This document shows positions 1-8,822 of a DNA stretch of 64,000 nt, piece by piece. Under the pieces are notes generated by a model that searched no databases, was not told the DNA's origin, and saw only the letters and a list, made by a program, of their open reading frames with translations. The stretch covers positions 3,521 to 67,520 of the forward strand of contig JAFQQR010000020.1 in the NCBI GenBank assembly GCA_017410505.1, written 5' to 3'. The DNA is from Clostridia bacterium. GTDB lineage: Bacteria; Bacillota; Clostridia; TANB77; CAG-508. The stretch's first letter is position 1; the number at the start of each line of letters is the position of its first letter. The position numbers and the translations under genes were made by a program.

Positions 1-1071
1 TGCTTAAAGTGGTATAAGTAATAATCATAATCCATTTTATTTCCATTAGGCTGCATAAATAAAAATTCGTTATTAGGATCATAGTATTTTTCATAAAGAT
101 GTTTAACCGCAGGATGTATTGGAATTTTTCTATTAATGCCGGCATCTGTTTTTAATCCGCCGATAAAGTATCCATCATCTAAAAAAACATTTGCGGTATA
201 TATAGATAGTTCTTCATCTGCTCTAGTACCTGCATATAATAGCATTAGCCAAAAGTCTCGAATAAACATTTCACGTTCTTTTTTAGTATGCTCTTTTAAT
301 CCTTTAGATCTTGGTTTTAAGTTCCATAAATAATCAATTTGTTCATAAGTAAATAATCTTTCTTTTTCTATTTTTTTATTTTTTGCTTTTTTAATTTCTT
401 TCCTGTTACAAGTAACTGCAGTAATAAATTGAGCATATCCTTTTTCAATAATATCTTCTTCTAATGCGAATTTATCAAGATTCATATATAAATTAACCAT
501 TTGCCTTTGAGATTCCGCACCTCTTTTACATTCTTTTAAATGTTTATTAAAATCTGATGCTCGTAAATCTCTATAAACTTTATCGTGAAGTGCCTTAGAG
601 TTATTAAAGGCAGTCTTCATTCCTAAACAGTAGTGGCGGCCAAAAGGTTTGTTTTTTGGTCTGATATGATATTTTTTTTCTAACTGTTCTTCTTCTTTTG
701 TAAGCATTTTTACTTCCTTAAATTTATCATATAGCTGCTTAAAAGTATAATTGTCTTTTTTTACTTTATCAACAATTTCCTTTTTAGGATTTTTAACAGC
801 AACTAAAGGATATGGAATTTTAGGAAATGTAACTATTCTATTATATTTATCTTCTTTAATATAAAGTGGAGTAGGGTTTTTATGATAGTTTTCTAAACAT
901 ACTAAGGTTTCTAGTTCCGTTTCAAAAGTATCTATAAAATGATAGACATTTTTTCCATTTATATCTTTTCCAATTGTAATTTTAGCACCCCATGGTTTTC
1001 TTCTTCCGTGTTCCTAAAAAAGCGGCACATCCGCTTCCATTAGGTCTTTTGTCAAAATCAACTGTACGCAT
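1..1071 (-). CDS. int: Tyrosine recombinase / phage integrase, C-terminus cut by window edge; requires +1 shift at in-frame CGG (1008-1006)
   Basis: Not in the ORF track because no stop lies in the window. ATG 1071-1069 follows GGAGG. It reads MRTVDFDKRPNGSGCAAFLGT and then CGG. The 0 frame stops 8 codons later. The +1 frame continues G-RRKPWGAKITIGKDINGK ... LLYAGTRADEEL ... GGLKTDAGINRKIPIHPAV, with an arm-binding-like N-terminus and tyrosine-recombinase core motifs. Confidence 0.75.
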
Positions 1072-1223
1072 AAAAAAACCTCCATTTTTCAAAATATTTT
1101 CTTGAAACACTTGAAAAATAGAGTACATTTAGATATAATACCAATGTATTCACTTTTCATAGTGTTTACGCTTTGGAAATAATGTGTTGTGCTGCGAAAC
1201 TCAATAACATTATTTCCTCTTTT

Positions 1224-1601
1224 TTATTTTACATCATCAATTTTCTTTAGTATAGTACCATTTCTATATAGATCGTTATCGGCAAATCTAATTGAATTGA
1301 TAGTACCATCTTTTATATACATTACTGCATTATAATATTGTGATTTTAATCTAAAGCCAAGAGTATTCTCACCATCTAATGAATCAAGAGAGTCGTCCCT
1401 TACAATATCATAACTTGAAATACCACATTTGGTAATTACATCAAGGGTTGTTTTTATATTATCTGCAGACATATAATCTTTTAGTACATCATAGTTAGAG
1501 CTTGATTTGTTAGTTGTAGTATTTACCATTACAAAGAAGCCTATTAATATAAGTATAAAAATTATTCCTGGTACAATTCCTGTTATAGTTTTAGTTCCCA
1601 T
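1224..1601 (-). CDS. Small membrane-anchored protein of the lysogeny module (possible superinfection-exclusion type function)
   Basis: 125 aa with an N-terminal hydrophobic helix GIVPGIIFILILIGFFVMV followed by a soluble domain. It lies between int and the repressor, co-oriented with both, 3 nt downstream of the repressor ORF. Confidence 0.55.
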   Translation of the reverse strand: MGTKTITGIVPGIIFILILIGFFVMVNTTTNKSSSNYDVLKDYMSADNIKTTLDVITKCGISSYDIVRDDSLDSLDGENTLGFRLKSQYYNAVMYIKDGTINSIRFADNDLYRNGTILKKIDDVK

Positions 1602-1603
1602 AT

Positions 1604-2458
1604 TTAATCCCTCCTTTTTTTGAAAGCACTTTTATTTTGACATAAAACTACTTCTCCAATTACTTTTATTCTTGATAGTTCTAGCTCCTCAAATTTAGAA
1701 TTCATAAAATATAATTTGCAAATATTCGCCTCAGAAAATATCTTTGCTATATCGTAATAAGAATCATCTATTAGTAATAATAACGTTTGGCCATCGACTA
1801 TATTTTCTTGTAAGTGTATAACTGCTATATCATCAATTCCTAAAAGAGGTAGCATTTTATCTGTTGTTGCCTTAACCGCAATATAATCATTTGTATTTTC
1901 TTCAAAAGGAAAATATCCCACCTTAAACATATTAACTTTAGAAATAGAAAATAAAGGTATGCCCATACTTCCTTGATTATTAAGTAATTCTTTTATTCTG
2001 CGATCAATTTCTTCTATTATATTATATAGTTCTTTTGCTGAATCAGTAGTACCATAATACATTAGAATATAATCATTTATTGTATTTAATACTGTTGCGT
2101 TGTGTTCATCCTGTTTTATTAGTAATCCAAATATAAAGTCTTTATCTATATTAGTATAAAGAGAATCAATTTTGTTTTCATATTCTTTACAAATATTTTG
2201 AGCCATTATATCTTTTGAAGACATATTTGAATTTAAGTAACCACAAACCTGCATTAGTTCATCATAATCAGTGATTCCATTAGATGCTTCAGCAATTCTT
2301 TCCAAAACTTTTGGAGTAGGAGGGGCAGGAATTCTTTTATTTTTATATTTAGATAAATAGCTTCTACCAACACTAGCTGCATTTGCAAAATCGGAAACAG
2401 AGCCATAAAAATCTTTTATCTTTGTAATTATTTCACTAAATTTATCTTGATCAAACAC
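1604..2458 (-). CDS. CI-like prophage repressor: N-terminal XRE-type HTH plus C-terminal S24/LexA-like domain
   Basis: HTH segment VSDFANAASVGRSYLSKYKN. The C-terminal pattern is IPLF...DYIAVKATTDKMLPLLGIDDIAVIH...DIAKIF...VIGEVV, which resembles the S24 fold with TDKM in place of GDSM. It is divergent from the Cro-like gene across an operator-rich region. Confidence 0.7.
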   Translation of the reverse strand: MFDQDKFSEIITKIKDFYGSVSDFANAASVGRSYLSKYKNKRIPAPPTPKVLERIAEASNGITDYDELMQVCGYLNSNMSSKDIMAQNICKEYENKIDSLYTNIDKDFIFGLLIKQDEHNATVLNTINDYILMYYGTTDSAKELYNIIEEIDRRIKELLNNQGSMGIPLFSISKVNMFKVGYFPFEENTNDYIAVKATTDKMLPLLGIDDIAVIHLQENIVDGQTLLLLIDDSYYDIAKIFSEANICKLYFMNSKFEELELSRIKVIGEVVLCQNKSAFKKRRD

Positions 2459-2614
2459 TATTAAAACCTCCTTACACGACTATTATATAACGGAGTGAAA
2501 AAAAAATCAACAAAAAATGTGAAAAAAAAATACAAAACCTATTGACATTATAAAATCATAAGTATATAATGCAAGTGTGAAAAAAAAGCACACGAAAAAG
2601 AAAGGAGAGATACT
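2459..2614. promoter_or_regulatory. Lysogeny/lysis switch region: rightward sigma-A-type promoter plus repeated operator motifs
   Basis: TTGACA 2542-2547, a 17-nt spacer, then TATAAT 2565-2570. GTGAAAAAAAA motif at 2495, 2519 and 2577. The third copy sits inside GTGTGAAAAAAAAGCACAC (2575-2593), which has inverted ends GTGTG/CACAC. Confidence 0.7.
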
Positions 2615-2848
2615 ATGGCAGCAAAACCAAATATGGAGGCGAGAATAGATAAGATTGAAGCTCTAATAGAGAACAAGTTTCACGGCAATAACACATACTT
2701 TGCAAAAGAAATGGGTATGGGAAGAGAATATGTAAGTGCAATACTAAACGAAAGAATAAACGCTGATAGTCCAAAGTTTTGTAATGCATTGATTGCTTAT
2801 TGTGAAAGAAACAACTTAGATTATAGAGAGTATGTCAGAATTATCTAA
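2615..2848 (+). CDS. Cro-like / early HTH regulator
   Basis: 77 aa, the first gene rightward of the switch, behind RBS AAAGGAGAG. HTH-like segment TYFAKEMGMGREYVSAILN. Confidence 0.6.
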   Translation: MAAKPNMEARIDKIEALIENKFHGNNTYFAKEMGMGREYVSAILNERINADSPKFCNALIAYCERNNLDYREYVRII

Positions 2849-2863
2849 TTTTTTTTAGCGAAA

Positions 2864-2881
2864 GTGTGAAAAAAAAGCACA
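2864..2881. promoter_or_regulatory. Fourth operator copy (GTGTGAAAAAAAAGCACA) downstream of the cro-like gene
   Basis: Near-identical to 2575-2593. It lies between the cro-like stop and the next RBS. Confidence 0.5.
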
Positions 2882-2951
2882 GGAGGCCAAAATATGAAAG
2901 AAAATAAAAAAAGTAAAATCGCAGCACAACACATTATTGAAGGAGGTAACT

Positions 2952-3182
2952 ATGGAAAAAGAAGAAATAAAACCGGTTGAAACTATAACACCATACGAAG
3001 CCGGAAAGGCTTTGCATAAAAATGCGGAAACAATAAGAGCAGGGTTGAGACAAGGAGTATTTAGTTTTGGAACAGCTATTCCACCAGAAAAACCTGGAGG
3101 GGATTGGAACTACATAATTATTAAAAGCAAATTTTTAGAATATTTAGGAAAGCGAGAGGTGAATACAAATGCGAATAGTTAA
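2952..3182 (+). CDS. Small phage DNA-binding-like protein (possible excisionase/HTH type)
   Basis: ATG 2952 lies 6 nt after AAGGAGG, whereas the track's upstream TTG start has no RBS. The ITPYEAGKALHKNAETIRAGLRQGVF segment is HTH-like. The functional call rests on position only. Confidence 0.4.
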   Translation: MEKEEIKPVETITPYEAGKALHKNAETIRAGLRQGVFSFGTAIPPEKPGGDWNYIIIKSKFLEYLGKREVNTNANS

Positions 3183-3468
3183 TAAGAAAAAATTTATAAG
3201 AAGTATATTAACTTTAATATTGATATTATTAGTAGCTTTTACATTTATTATTCAAATATTTAGTGAAAAGGAAAATGTAAAATCATCAGAAATTGAATAT
3301 ACCATATCTAGAGGAGAAAGATTATGGGATATAGCGGAAGAATATAAAAGACCAGATCAAGACATTAGAGAGTACATATATGAAATTAAGAAACTAAACA
3401 ATATGGACACATCAACAGTATATGAAGGACAAACTATAAAAATTATTGTGTACGAGGAGGCGGAATAA
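3169..3468 (+). CDS. Membrane-anchored LysM-domain protein
   Basis: N-terminal TM segment ILTLILILLVAFTFIIQIF, then the LysM signature YTISRGERLWDIAEEY...STVYEGQTIKI. Confidence 0.65.
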   Translation: MRIVNKKKFIRSILTLILILLVAFTFIIQIFSEKENVKSSEIEYTISRGERLWDIAEEYKRPDQDIREYIYEIKKLNNMDTSTVYEGQTIKIIVYEEAE

Positions 3469-3470
3469 GG

Positions 3471-3599
3471 ATGGAATACTACGAGAAGTTATTAGAAGAA
3501 TGTAGTTATCTACAAATAGATTATGAAAGACTAAACAGAATGAAGAAAACTCTATCAATAATGAAAGAAAAACTAAACCAATTGAAAGGGGTGAGATAA
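3471..3599 (+). CDS. Hypothetical small early protein (42 aa)
   Basis: ATG follows GAGGAGGCGG. Its stop overlaps the next ATG (TAAATG). Below the track's size cutoff. Confidence 0.4.
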   Translation: MEYYEKLLEECSYLQIDYERLNRMKKTLSIMKEKLNQLKGVR

Positions 3600-3809
3600 A
3601 TGGATAAAGAAACACAAGTATTTATTTTAGCACAAGAAGTTGATGTTTTAGAAGAAATTATAAACATTATCAGAACAAAAGATTCTAAAGCAAAAGAAAA
3701 AGTTAGCAAAGTAGAAAAATATGTACTTTTACAATTAAAGAATCATAAAGACCAAATAGACGTATTAAAAAAAGAACTATCTACTGACGGCGAATCAGAA
3801 AATAGATAG
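3600..3809 (+). CDS. Hypothetical early protein (coiled-coil like)
   Basis: Track ORF preceded by an RBS, in the co-oriented early operon. Confidence 0.5.
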   Translation: MDKETQVFILAQEVDVLEEIINIIRTKDSKAKEKVSKVEKYVLLQLKNHKDQIDVLKKELSTDGESENR

Positions 3810-3889
3810 TTCAAAAGAAAATTTATATAAATTCACTTTTTCCGTATTTTATCACAAAATGTGGAAGGGTGCAAGAGAAAGGAGAAAAA

Positions 3890-4594
3890 ATGTCCGGAAG
3901 ACTAGATTACCAGGAAAGAAAACAAAAGCGAATAGAAAATTATGAGGAAAAGTCAAAAAGAATAGGGCAAGAAGCAGAAGGAAGATATCAAAAAGGAAGA
4001 CAAATATTGCACGCAATGAATGGACAACCATTATTAATTGGTCATCATTCTGAGAAAAGACATAGAGCAGACCAAAAACGTATTGATAACAATTTTAGAA
4101 AGGCATACGAGTTATCAGAAAAAAGTAATTACTATGAAAATAAGGCAGAAGCAGCAAAAAATAATAATGCTATAAGTTCAGATGATCCTGAAGCTATACA
4201 AAAATTAGAGCAGCAATTACACGCATTAGAAAAATTAAGGGAAGATACAAAGAAAACAGAGCATACAACATACGAATTAAATTATATTTCTGCAGATATA
4301 AGAAGAATAAAAGCAAGAATTGAGGAACTTAAGGAATTAGAGCAATTAGATTTTAAAGATATCAAACTAAAAAACGGAACAATTATACATAATAAGGAAC
4401 AAAATAGAATTCAAATAATATTCGATGAAATACCAGATGAAGCTGTAAGAGGAAAATTAAAACAACGTGGTTTTAAATGGGCAAGAAGTCAAGGAGCTTG
4501 GCAAAGAATGTTCAATAAAAAAACAATATACGAAGTAAGGTGGCTAATAAAGGAACAAGTACTGGAGGTGGTCGAAAATGAAAAAGTGTCCTAA
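3890..4594 (+). CDS. DUF3560-like phage protein
   Basis: ATG 3890 follows AAAGGAG. GQPLLIGHHSEKRHRAD and the C-terminal DEAVRGKLKQRGFKWARSQGAWQR resemble the DUF3560 family as I recall it. Confidence 0.55.
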   Translation: MSGRLDYQERKQKRIENYEEKSKRIGQEAEGRYQKGRQILHAMNGQPLLIGHHSEKRHRADQKRIDNNFRKAYELSEKSNYYENKAEAAKNNNAISSDDPEAIQKLEQQLHALEKLREDTKKTEHTTYELNYISADIRRIKARIEELKELEQLDFKDIKLKNGTIIHNKEQNRIQIIFDEIPDEAVRGKLKQRGFKWARSQGAWQRMFNKKTIYEVRWLIKEQVLEVVENEKVS

Positions 4595-4733
4595 ATGTAA
4601 AGGTCCATTAGGAGAAAGACCAGCACTTTCAAGAAGAAAAGGAATAGGCGATATATGTTCAGACTGCGGGTATAAGGAAGCAATGGAAGATGCACAAAAA
4701 ATAATAGATATGTATAGTAAGGAGAGTAAATAA
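4578..4733 (+). CDS. Small zinc-ribbon protein (51 aa)
   Basis: MKKCPKCKGPL...DICSDCGYKE has two CxxC pairs. The stop overlaps the next ATG (TAATG). Below the track cutoff. Confidence 0.5.
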   Translation: MKKCPKCKGPLGERPALSRRKGIGDICSDCGYKEAMEDAQKIIDMYSKESK

Positions 4734-6670
4734 TGGAAATTAAAATATTCAATTTAAAATTAAAAAACTTTAAAGGTGTAAAAGATTTAGAAGTTAACTT
4801 TAATGGGATGGATACTAATATTTACGGAGCAAATGCTACAGGAAAAACAACTGTATTCGATGCTTTCAAATGGTTGTTCTTTGATAAGGATAGTAGCGAT
4901 AGAAAAGATTTTAATATAAAGACTTTAGACAATAACAATAAACCAATACATTTTTTAGAACATGAAGTAGAGGCTACTCTAATTATAGATGGGCAAGATA
5001 TTACTTTCAAAAAAATGCTCCAGGAGAAATGGGTAAAAAGAAGAGGACAAGAACAACAAGAATTTGCAGGGCACGAAACTAACTATTGGATTGATGAAGT
5101 ACCTATAAAAAAGAAAGACTATGAGGAAAAAATCAATAGTATTATACCGGAAAATTTATTTAAATTAATAACAGATCCATCCTTTTTCAATAATAATATG
5201 TCTTGGAAAGAAAGAAGGGAATTGTTAATAAACATATCTGGAACTACAATAACTGATGAAGATATATTGAATTCTGATGAAAAGTTTGCAGTATTAAAAG
5301 AAAATTTGCAAGGAAGAAATATAGAAGATTATAAAAAAGTAGTTGCAGCTAAAATAAAAGAACTAAATAGCGAAAAAGAGAAAATACCAGTAAGAATAGA
5401 TGAGTTAACAAATACTTTAATAACAGAACACAATATAGATTACGATAAATTAGAAGAAGAAAAACAAGGACTAAACCAAGAACTACAAAATATTGAATCA
5501 GAAATGACCGATATACAAGCTAGGGTAAGCGAAAATATGAAAAAAGCGGACCAATTAGCAATAGCAAAAAATGAATTACATAATTTAGAATTTAGGTTAA
5601 AAGTAGAACACGATGATAAATACTCAAAAGAAGGTTTAAGACTTAATAATGAAAAATCATTTTTAGAAGGTAGTTTAAGAAATAAAAAGCAAGAGCTAGA
5701 AGAACGTGTATTTAGTATAGAAAAAGACCAAAAGAAAAAAGAAGAACTATACAAACAATGGGATGAAGTAAATAATACTAAACTGGAATACGATCCTAAT
5801 TCATTTGTATGTCCTACTTGTAAAAGAGAATATGAAACAGACAAAGTAGAAGAAATAAAGAAAAAGTTTGAAACAAATTTAAATGAACATAAGGAAAGCA
5901 GAAAGCAAGAAATAAACAAAGAAGGGCAAGCAATAAATAAACGTATAGAGGAAAATACGGAAGCGGTTAATAGATTACAAACTGAAATTGAAGAAACAAC
6001 AAATAAATTAAATGAAGTCAACAGCAGCATAGAAAATATGCAAAAGGAAAAAGAGAAAGTTGGGCCATTCGATATTACAACGCTTCCACAATACCAGGAG
6101 AAATTAAAGGAATTAGAAAAGTTACAAAGTGTAGTAGATGGCTTAGTAAAAGAAGATACAACAGAAATCCAAAACAGAAAGGCCAATATAACAGACCAAA
6201 TAAACAACATAAATAAACAACTAAATGAAAAGGTAGTACAAGAAAAAACAAAGAATCGTATCCAGGAATTAGAAAATGCAGAACAAGAGCTAGCAGAGAA
6301 AATTCAAGAATTAGAATCGCAAGAATTTCAAATAGAACAATTTACAAAAACAAAAGTTGAATTATTAGAAAATGCAATAAATAGCAACTTTGAAGTTGTA
6401 AGGTTTAGGCTTTTTGATACTCAAATAAACGGTGGACTTGTAGAGTGCTGCGATACATTAGTTAATGGAGTTCCATATTCTGATGTAAATAATGCACATA
6501 AAATAATAGCAGGATTAGATATTATAAAGACATTATCAAAATTCTATAATACAACAGCACCAATATTTATAGACAATAGAGAAAGTATCAATAAATTATG
6601 CGAGATTAATGCACAAGTAATAAGTCTAGTAGTTACCGAAGATTCTAAATTAAGAATTGAGGTGATATAG
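4733..6670 (+). CDS. Rad50/SbcC-like SMC-type ATPase with central CxxC zinc-hook
   Basis: N-terminal FKGVKDLEVNFNGMDTNIYGANATGKTTVFDAF (Walker A). A long Lys/Glu-rich coiled coil has CPTC (5810-5821) at about residue 360 of 645. The C-terminal globular part contains PIFIDN. Confidence 0.7.
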   Translation: MEIKIFNLKLKNFKGVKDLEVNFNGMDTNIYGANATGKTTVFDAFKWLFFDKDSSDRKDFNIKTLDNNNKPIHFLEHEVEATLIIDGQDITFKKMLQEKWVKRRGQEQQEFAGHETNYWIDEVPIKKKDYEEKINSIIPENLFKLITDPSFFNNNMSWKERRELLINISGTTITDEDILNSDEKFAVLKENLQGRNIEDYKKVVAAKIKELNSEKEKIPVRIDELTNTLITEHNIDYDKLEEEKQGLNQELQNIESEMTDIQARVSENMKKADQLAIAKNELHNLEFRLKVEHDDKYSKEGLRLNNEKSFLEGSLRNKKQELEERVFSIEKDQKKKEELYKQWDEVNNTKLEYDPNSFVCPTCKREYETDKVEEIKKKFETNLNEHKESRKQEINKEGQAINKRIEENTEAVNRLQTEIEETTNKLNEVNSSIENMQKEKEKVGPFDITTLPQYQEKLKELEKLQSVVDGLVKEDTTEIQNRKANITDQINNINKQLNEKVVQEKTKNRIQELENAEQELAEKIQELESQEFQIEQFTKTKVELLENAINSNFEVVRFRLFDTQINGGLVECCDTLVNGVPYSDVNNAHKIIAGLDIIKTLSKFYNTTAPIFIDNRESINKLCEINAQVISLVVTEDSKLRIEVI

Positions 6671-6671
6671 A

Positions 6672-6887
6672 GTGGAAGAAAATGAAAAGGCTGAAGTTGT
6701 TTTAGAGTTTCAAAAGACTGGTAACGGGATAAGCGTTGTTGTGCATGAATGTTCAATACTTGACGTAGTAGTAGGGATTGCAGAAACAATAGAACTTATA
6801 ATGGAAAATTCGGATGCGACTAAAGAAAGCGTATTTGAAGATATAAATAAAGTATTAGAAGTGTTAAAGAAAGAGGAGGAAAAATAA
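6672..6887 (+). CDS. Hypothetical acidic protein
   Basis: GTG start 6 nt after GAGGTGA. Track ORF in the recombination module. Confidence 0.45.
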   Translation: MEENEKAEVVLEFQKTGNGISVVVHECSILDVVVGIAETIELIMENSDATKESVFEDINKVLEVLKKEEEK

Positions 6888-7157
6888 ATGAATAGTGAAG
6901 TTTTAAAAGTATCAAGTAAATCAAATCCAAATAATGTAGCAGGAGCAATAGCAGGAGTTGTAACAGAAAAAGGAAAGGTAGAATTACAAGCAATAGGTGC
7001 AGGAGCAATAAATCAAACAGTAAAAGCAATAGCAATAGCAAGAGGGTTTGTAGCACCATTAGGAATAGACTTAATGACAGTACCTGCGTTTTCAACAGTA
7101 AGTGTTGAAGATCAAGATAGAACAGGAATGAAATTTATTGTAAGGGGGGCTAAATAA
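6888..7157 (+). CDS. spoVS: SpoVS (stage V sporulation protein S) homologue
   Basis: LKVSSKSNPNNVAGAIAGV...LQAIGAGAINQTVKAIAIARGFVAPLGIDL...PAF closely matches the Bacillus SpoVS sequence as I remember it. 89 aa, preceded by RBS GAGGAGG. Confidence 0.85.
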   Translation: MNSEVLKVSSKSNPNNVAGAIAGVVTEKGKVELQAIGAGAINQTVKAIAIARGFVAPLGIDLMTVPAFSTVSVEDQDRTGMKFIVRGAK

Positions 7158-7159
7158 TT

Positions 7160-8065
7160 ATGAGTAATGAATTAGTAAAAAAAGAAGAAAAGCAAATGGT
7201 TGTAAGGGAAGAAAAGAATATTACTGATAACGTATTAAATAAAATACATCAGTTTCAAAGTAATGGGCAAATATATTTTCCTAATAATTATAGTCCAGAA
7301 AATGCACTAAAAAGTGCGTGGCTAAAATTACAAGAGGTTAAAGATAAAAACGGAAAATTAGCATTAGAAGTTTGTACACAACCAAGTATTGCAAATGCTC
7401 TATTAAATATGGTTATACAAGGATTAAATCCAATGAAAAATCAATGTTATTTCATACCATTTGGAAATCAATTAACATTAATGAGGTCATATTTTGGATC
7501 AATAGCAGTAGCAAAACAATTTGGAGAAATTAGAGAAATAACTGCAGAAGTAATTTATGAAGGTGACAAAGTTGAAACTCAAATAAATAGGGGAAAAACA
7601 ACAATACTTTCACATACAAGAAGTTTTGAAAATATAAATAAGGCTAAAATAATCGGAGCGTATGCAACAATTTTATACAATAATGATGCTGAAGAAAGCA
7701 TAATAATGACGATAGACCAAATAAAAACATCTTGGAAAAAATCAAAGTTAAATCCGGAAAGTAAAGATAGTACACATTCACAATTTACTGAAGATATGTG
7801 TAAAAGAACAGTTATAAACAAAATATGCAAATATTATATAAACACAAAAGATGATAGTAATTTAAATATGATAAAACTAGCATTTGAAACATCAGATGAA
7901 GAACTAAAAGAAAGCGAAGTAGAATATGAAATACAAGAAAATGCAAACAAAGAATATATCGATATAGAAACAGGAGAAATACAAGAAACTGAAGAAGCTG
8001 CATCTACAGAAAATGTTATTGAAGATGAAGTAAACACAAACTCAAATGAAAGGCCTTCATTCTAA
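7160..8065 (+). CDS. recT: RecT-family single-strand annealing recombinase
   Basis: SIANALLNMVIQGLNPMKNQCYFIPFGNQLTLMRSYFG and an acidic C-terminal tail are typical of RecT. Confidence 0.8.
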   Translation: MSNELVKKEEKQMVVREEKNITDNVLNKIHQFQSNGQIYFPNNYSPENALKSAWLKLQEVKDKNGKLALEVCTQPSIANALLNMVIQGLNPMKNQCYFIPFGNQLTLMRSYFGSIAVAKQFGEIREITAEVIYEGDKVETQINRGKTTILSHTRSFENINKAKIIGAYATILYNNDAEESIIMTIDQIKTSWKKSKLNPESKDSTHSQFTEDMCKRTVINKICKYYINTKDDSNLNMIKLAFETSDEELKESEVEYEIQENANKEYIDIETGEIQETEEAASTENVIEDEVNTNSNERPSF

Positions 8066-8808
8066 TGAAATTAAAAGTATTAGGTAGTAGCTCTTCGGGA
8101 AACTGCTACCTAATAGAAGCAGCAGAACACGATAAATTGGTATTAGATGCAGGTATCAATTTTAAGGATGTACAAAAAGAATTGAATTTTAATTTTAGAG
8201 GTATTCAAGGAGTATTAGTAACTCACGAGCACATGGATCATTTAAAATATGCACCAAATTTCGCTCTAAATGGAATAGATATATATGCATCACAAGGCAC
8301 TTTTAATAGGCTAAATTTAAAAGGACATAGATTTAAGGTAATAAAGGCATTAAAGCAGTTTTCAATAGGTAACTTTATAATATTACCATTTGACACCCAG
8401 CACGATGCTGCAGAGCCATTAGGATTTTTAATACAATATAAACCTACAGGAGAAAAGCTGCTTTATGCTACCGATACATACTATATTAAGTATAAGTTTA
8501 GCAAGTTAAATTACTTATTATTAGAGTGCAACTATAATAAAGAAATAGCAAAAGAAAATGCAGTAGATGGAATAATAAATAAGACCAGGTACACCAGATT
8601 ACTGGAGAGTCATTTTAGTCTAGAAAATGTACTTAAATTTCTGCAGTCAAATGATTTGACATATACAAAAAATATAATACTTTGCCACCTTTCAAATGAT
8701 AATTCTAACGAAGAATTAATGAGAAATGCGGTATATAAGCAAACCGGTGTATCAACTACCATAGCAAGACCAGGATTGAATATGGAATTAAAATTATATC
8801 CATTTTGA
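8065..8808 (+). CDS. Metallo-beta-lactamase-fold hydrolase (probable recombination nuclease partner)
   Basis: HEHMDH motif (HxHxDH). Start overlaps the recT stop (TAATG). Confidence 0.7.
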   Translation: MKLKVLGSSSSGNCYLIEAAEHDKLVLDAGINFKDVQKELNFNFRGIQGVLVTHEHMDHLKYAPNFALNGIDIYASQGTFNRLNLKGHRFKVIKALKQFSIGNFIILPFDTQHDAAEPLGFLIQYKPTGEKLLYATDTYYIKYKFSKLNYLLLECNYNKEIAKENAVDGIINKTRYTRLLESHFSLENVLKFLQSNDLTYTKNIILCHLSNDNSNEELMRNAVYKQTGVSTTIARPGLNMELKLYPF

Positions 8809-8822
8809 TATGAGGTGGTTAT

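Noticed and set aside
136-333. Plus-strand 65-aa ORF at the left edge.
   Set aside because: It lies antisense within the integrase coding region and has no RBS.
5440-6210. Long minus-strand ORF (256 aa) and similar antisense ORFs: 4822-5010, 6544-6789, 6820-7095, 7579-8037, 9419-9698, 15524-16007, 21666-22374, 27392-27688, 28288-28593, 34383-34679, 35937-36224, 38776-39225, 49121-49635, 54912-55181, 59070-59438 and others.
   Set aside because: They lie antisense to, or out of frame with, well-supported genes. They are Leu/Phe/Ser/Ile-rich low-complexity translations of the reverse complement of Lys/Glu-rich coding sequence, lack an RBS and match no recognisable family.
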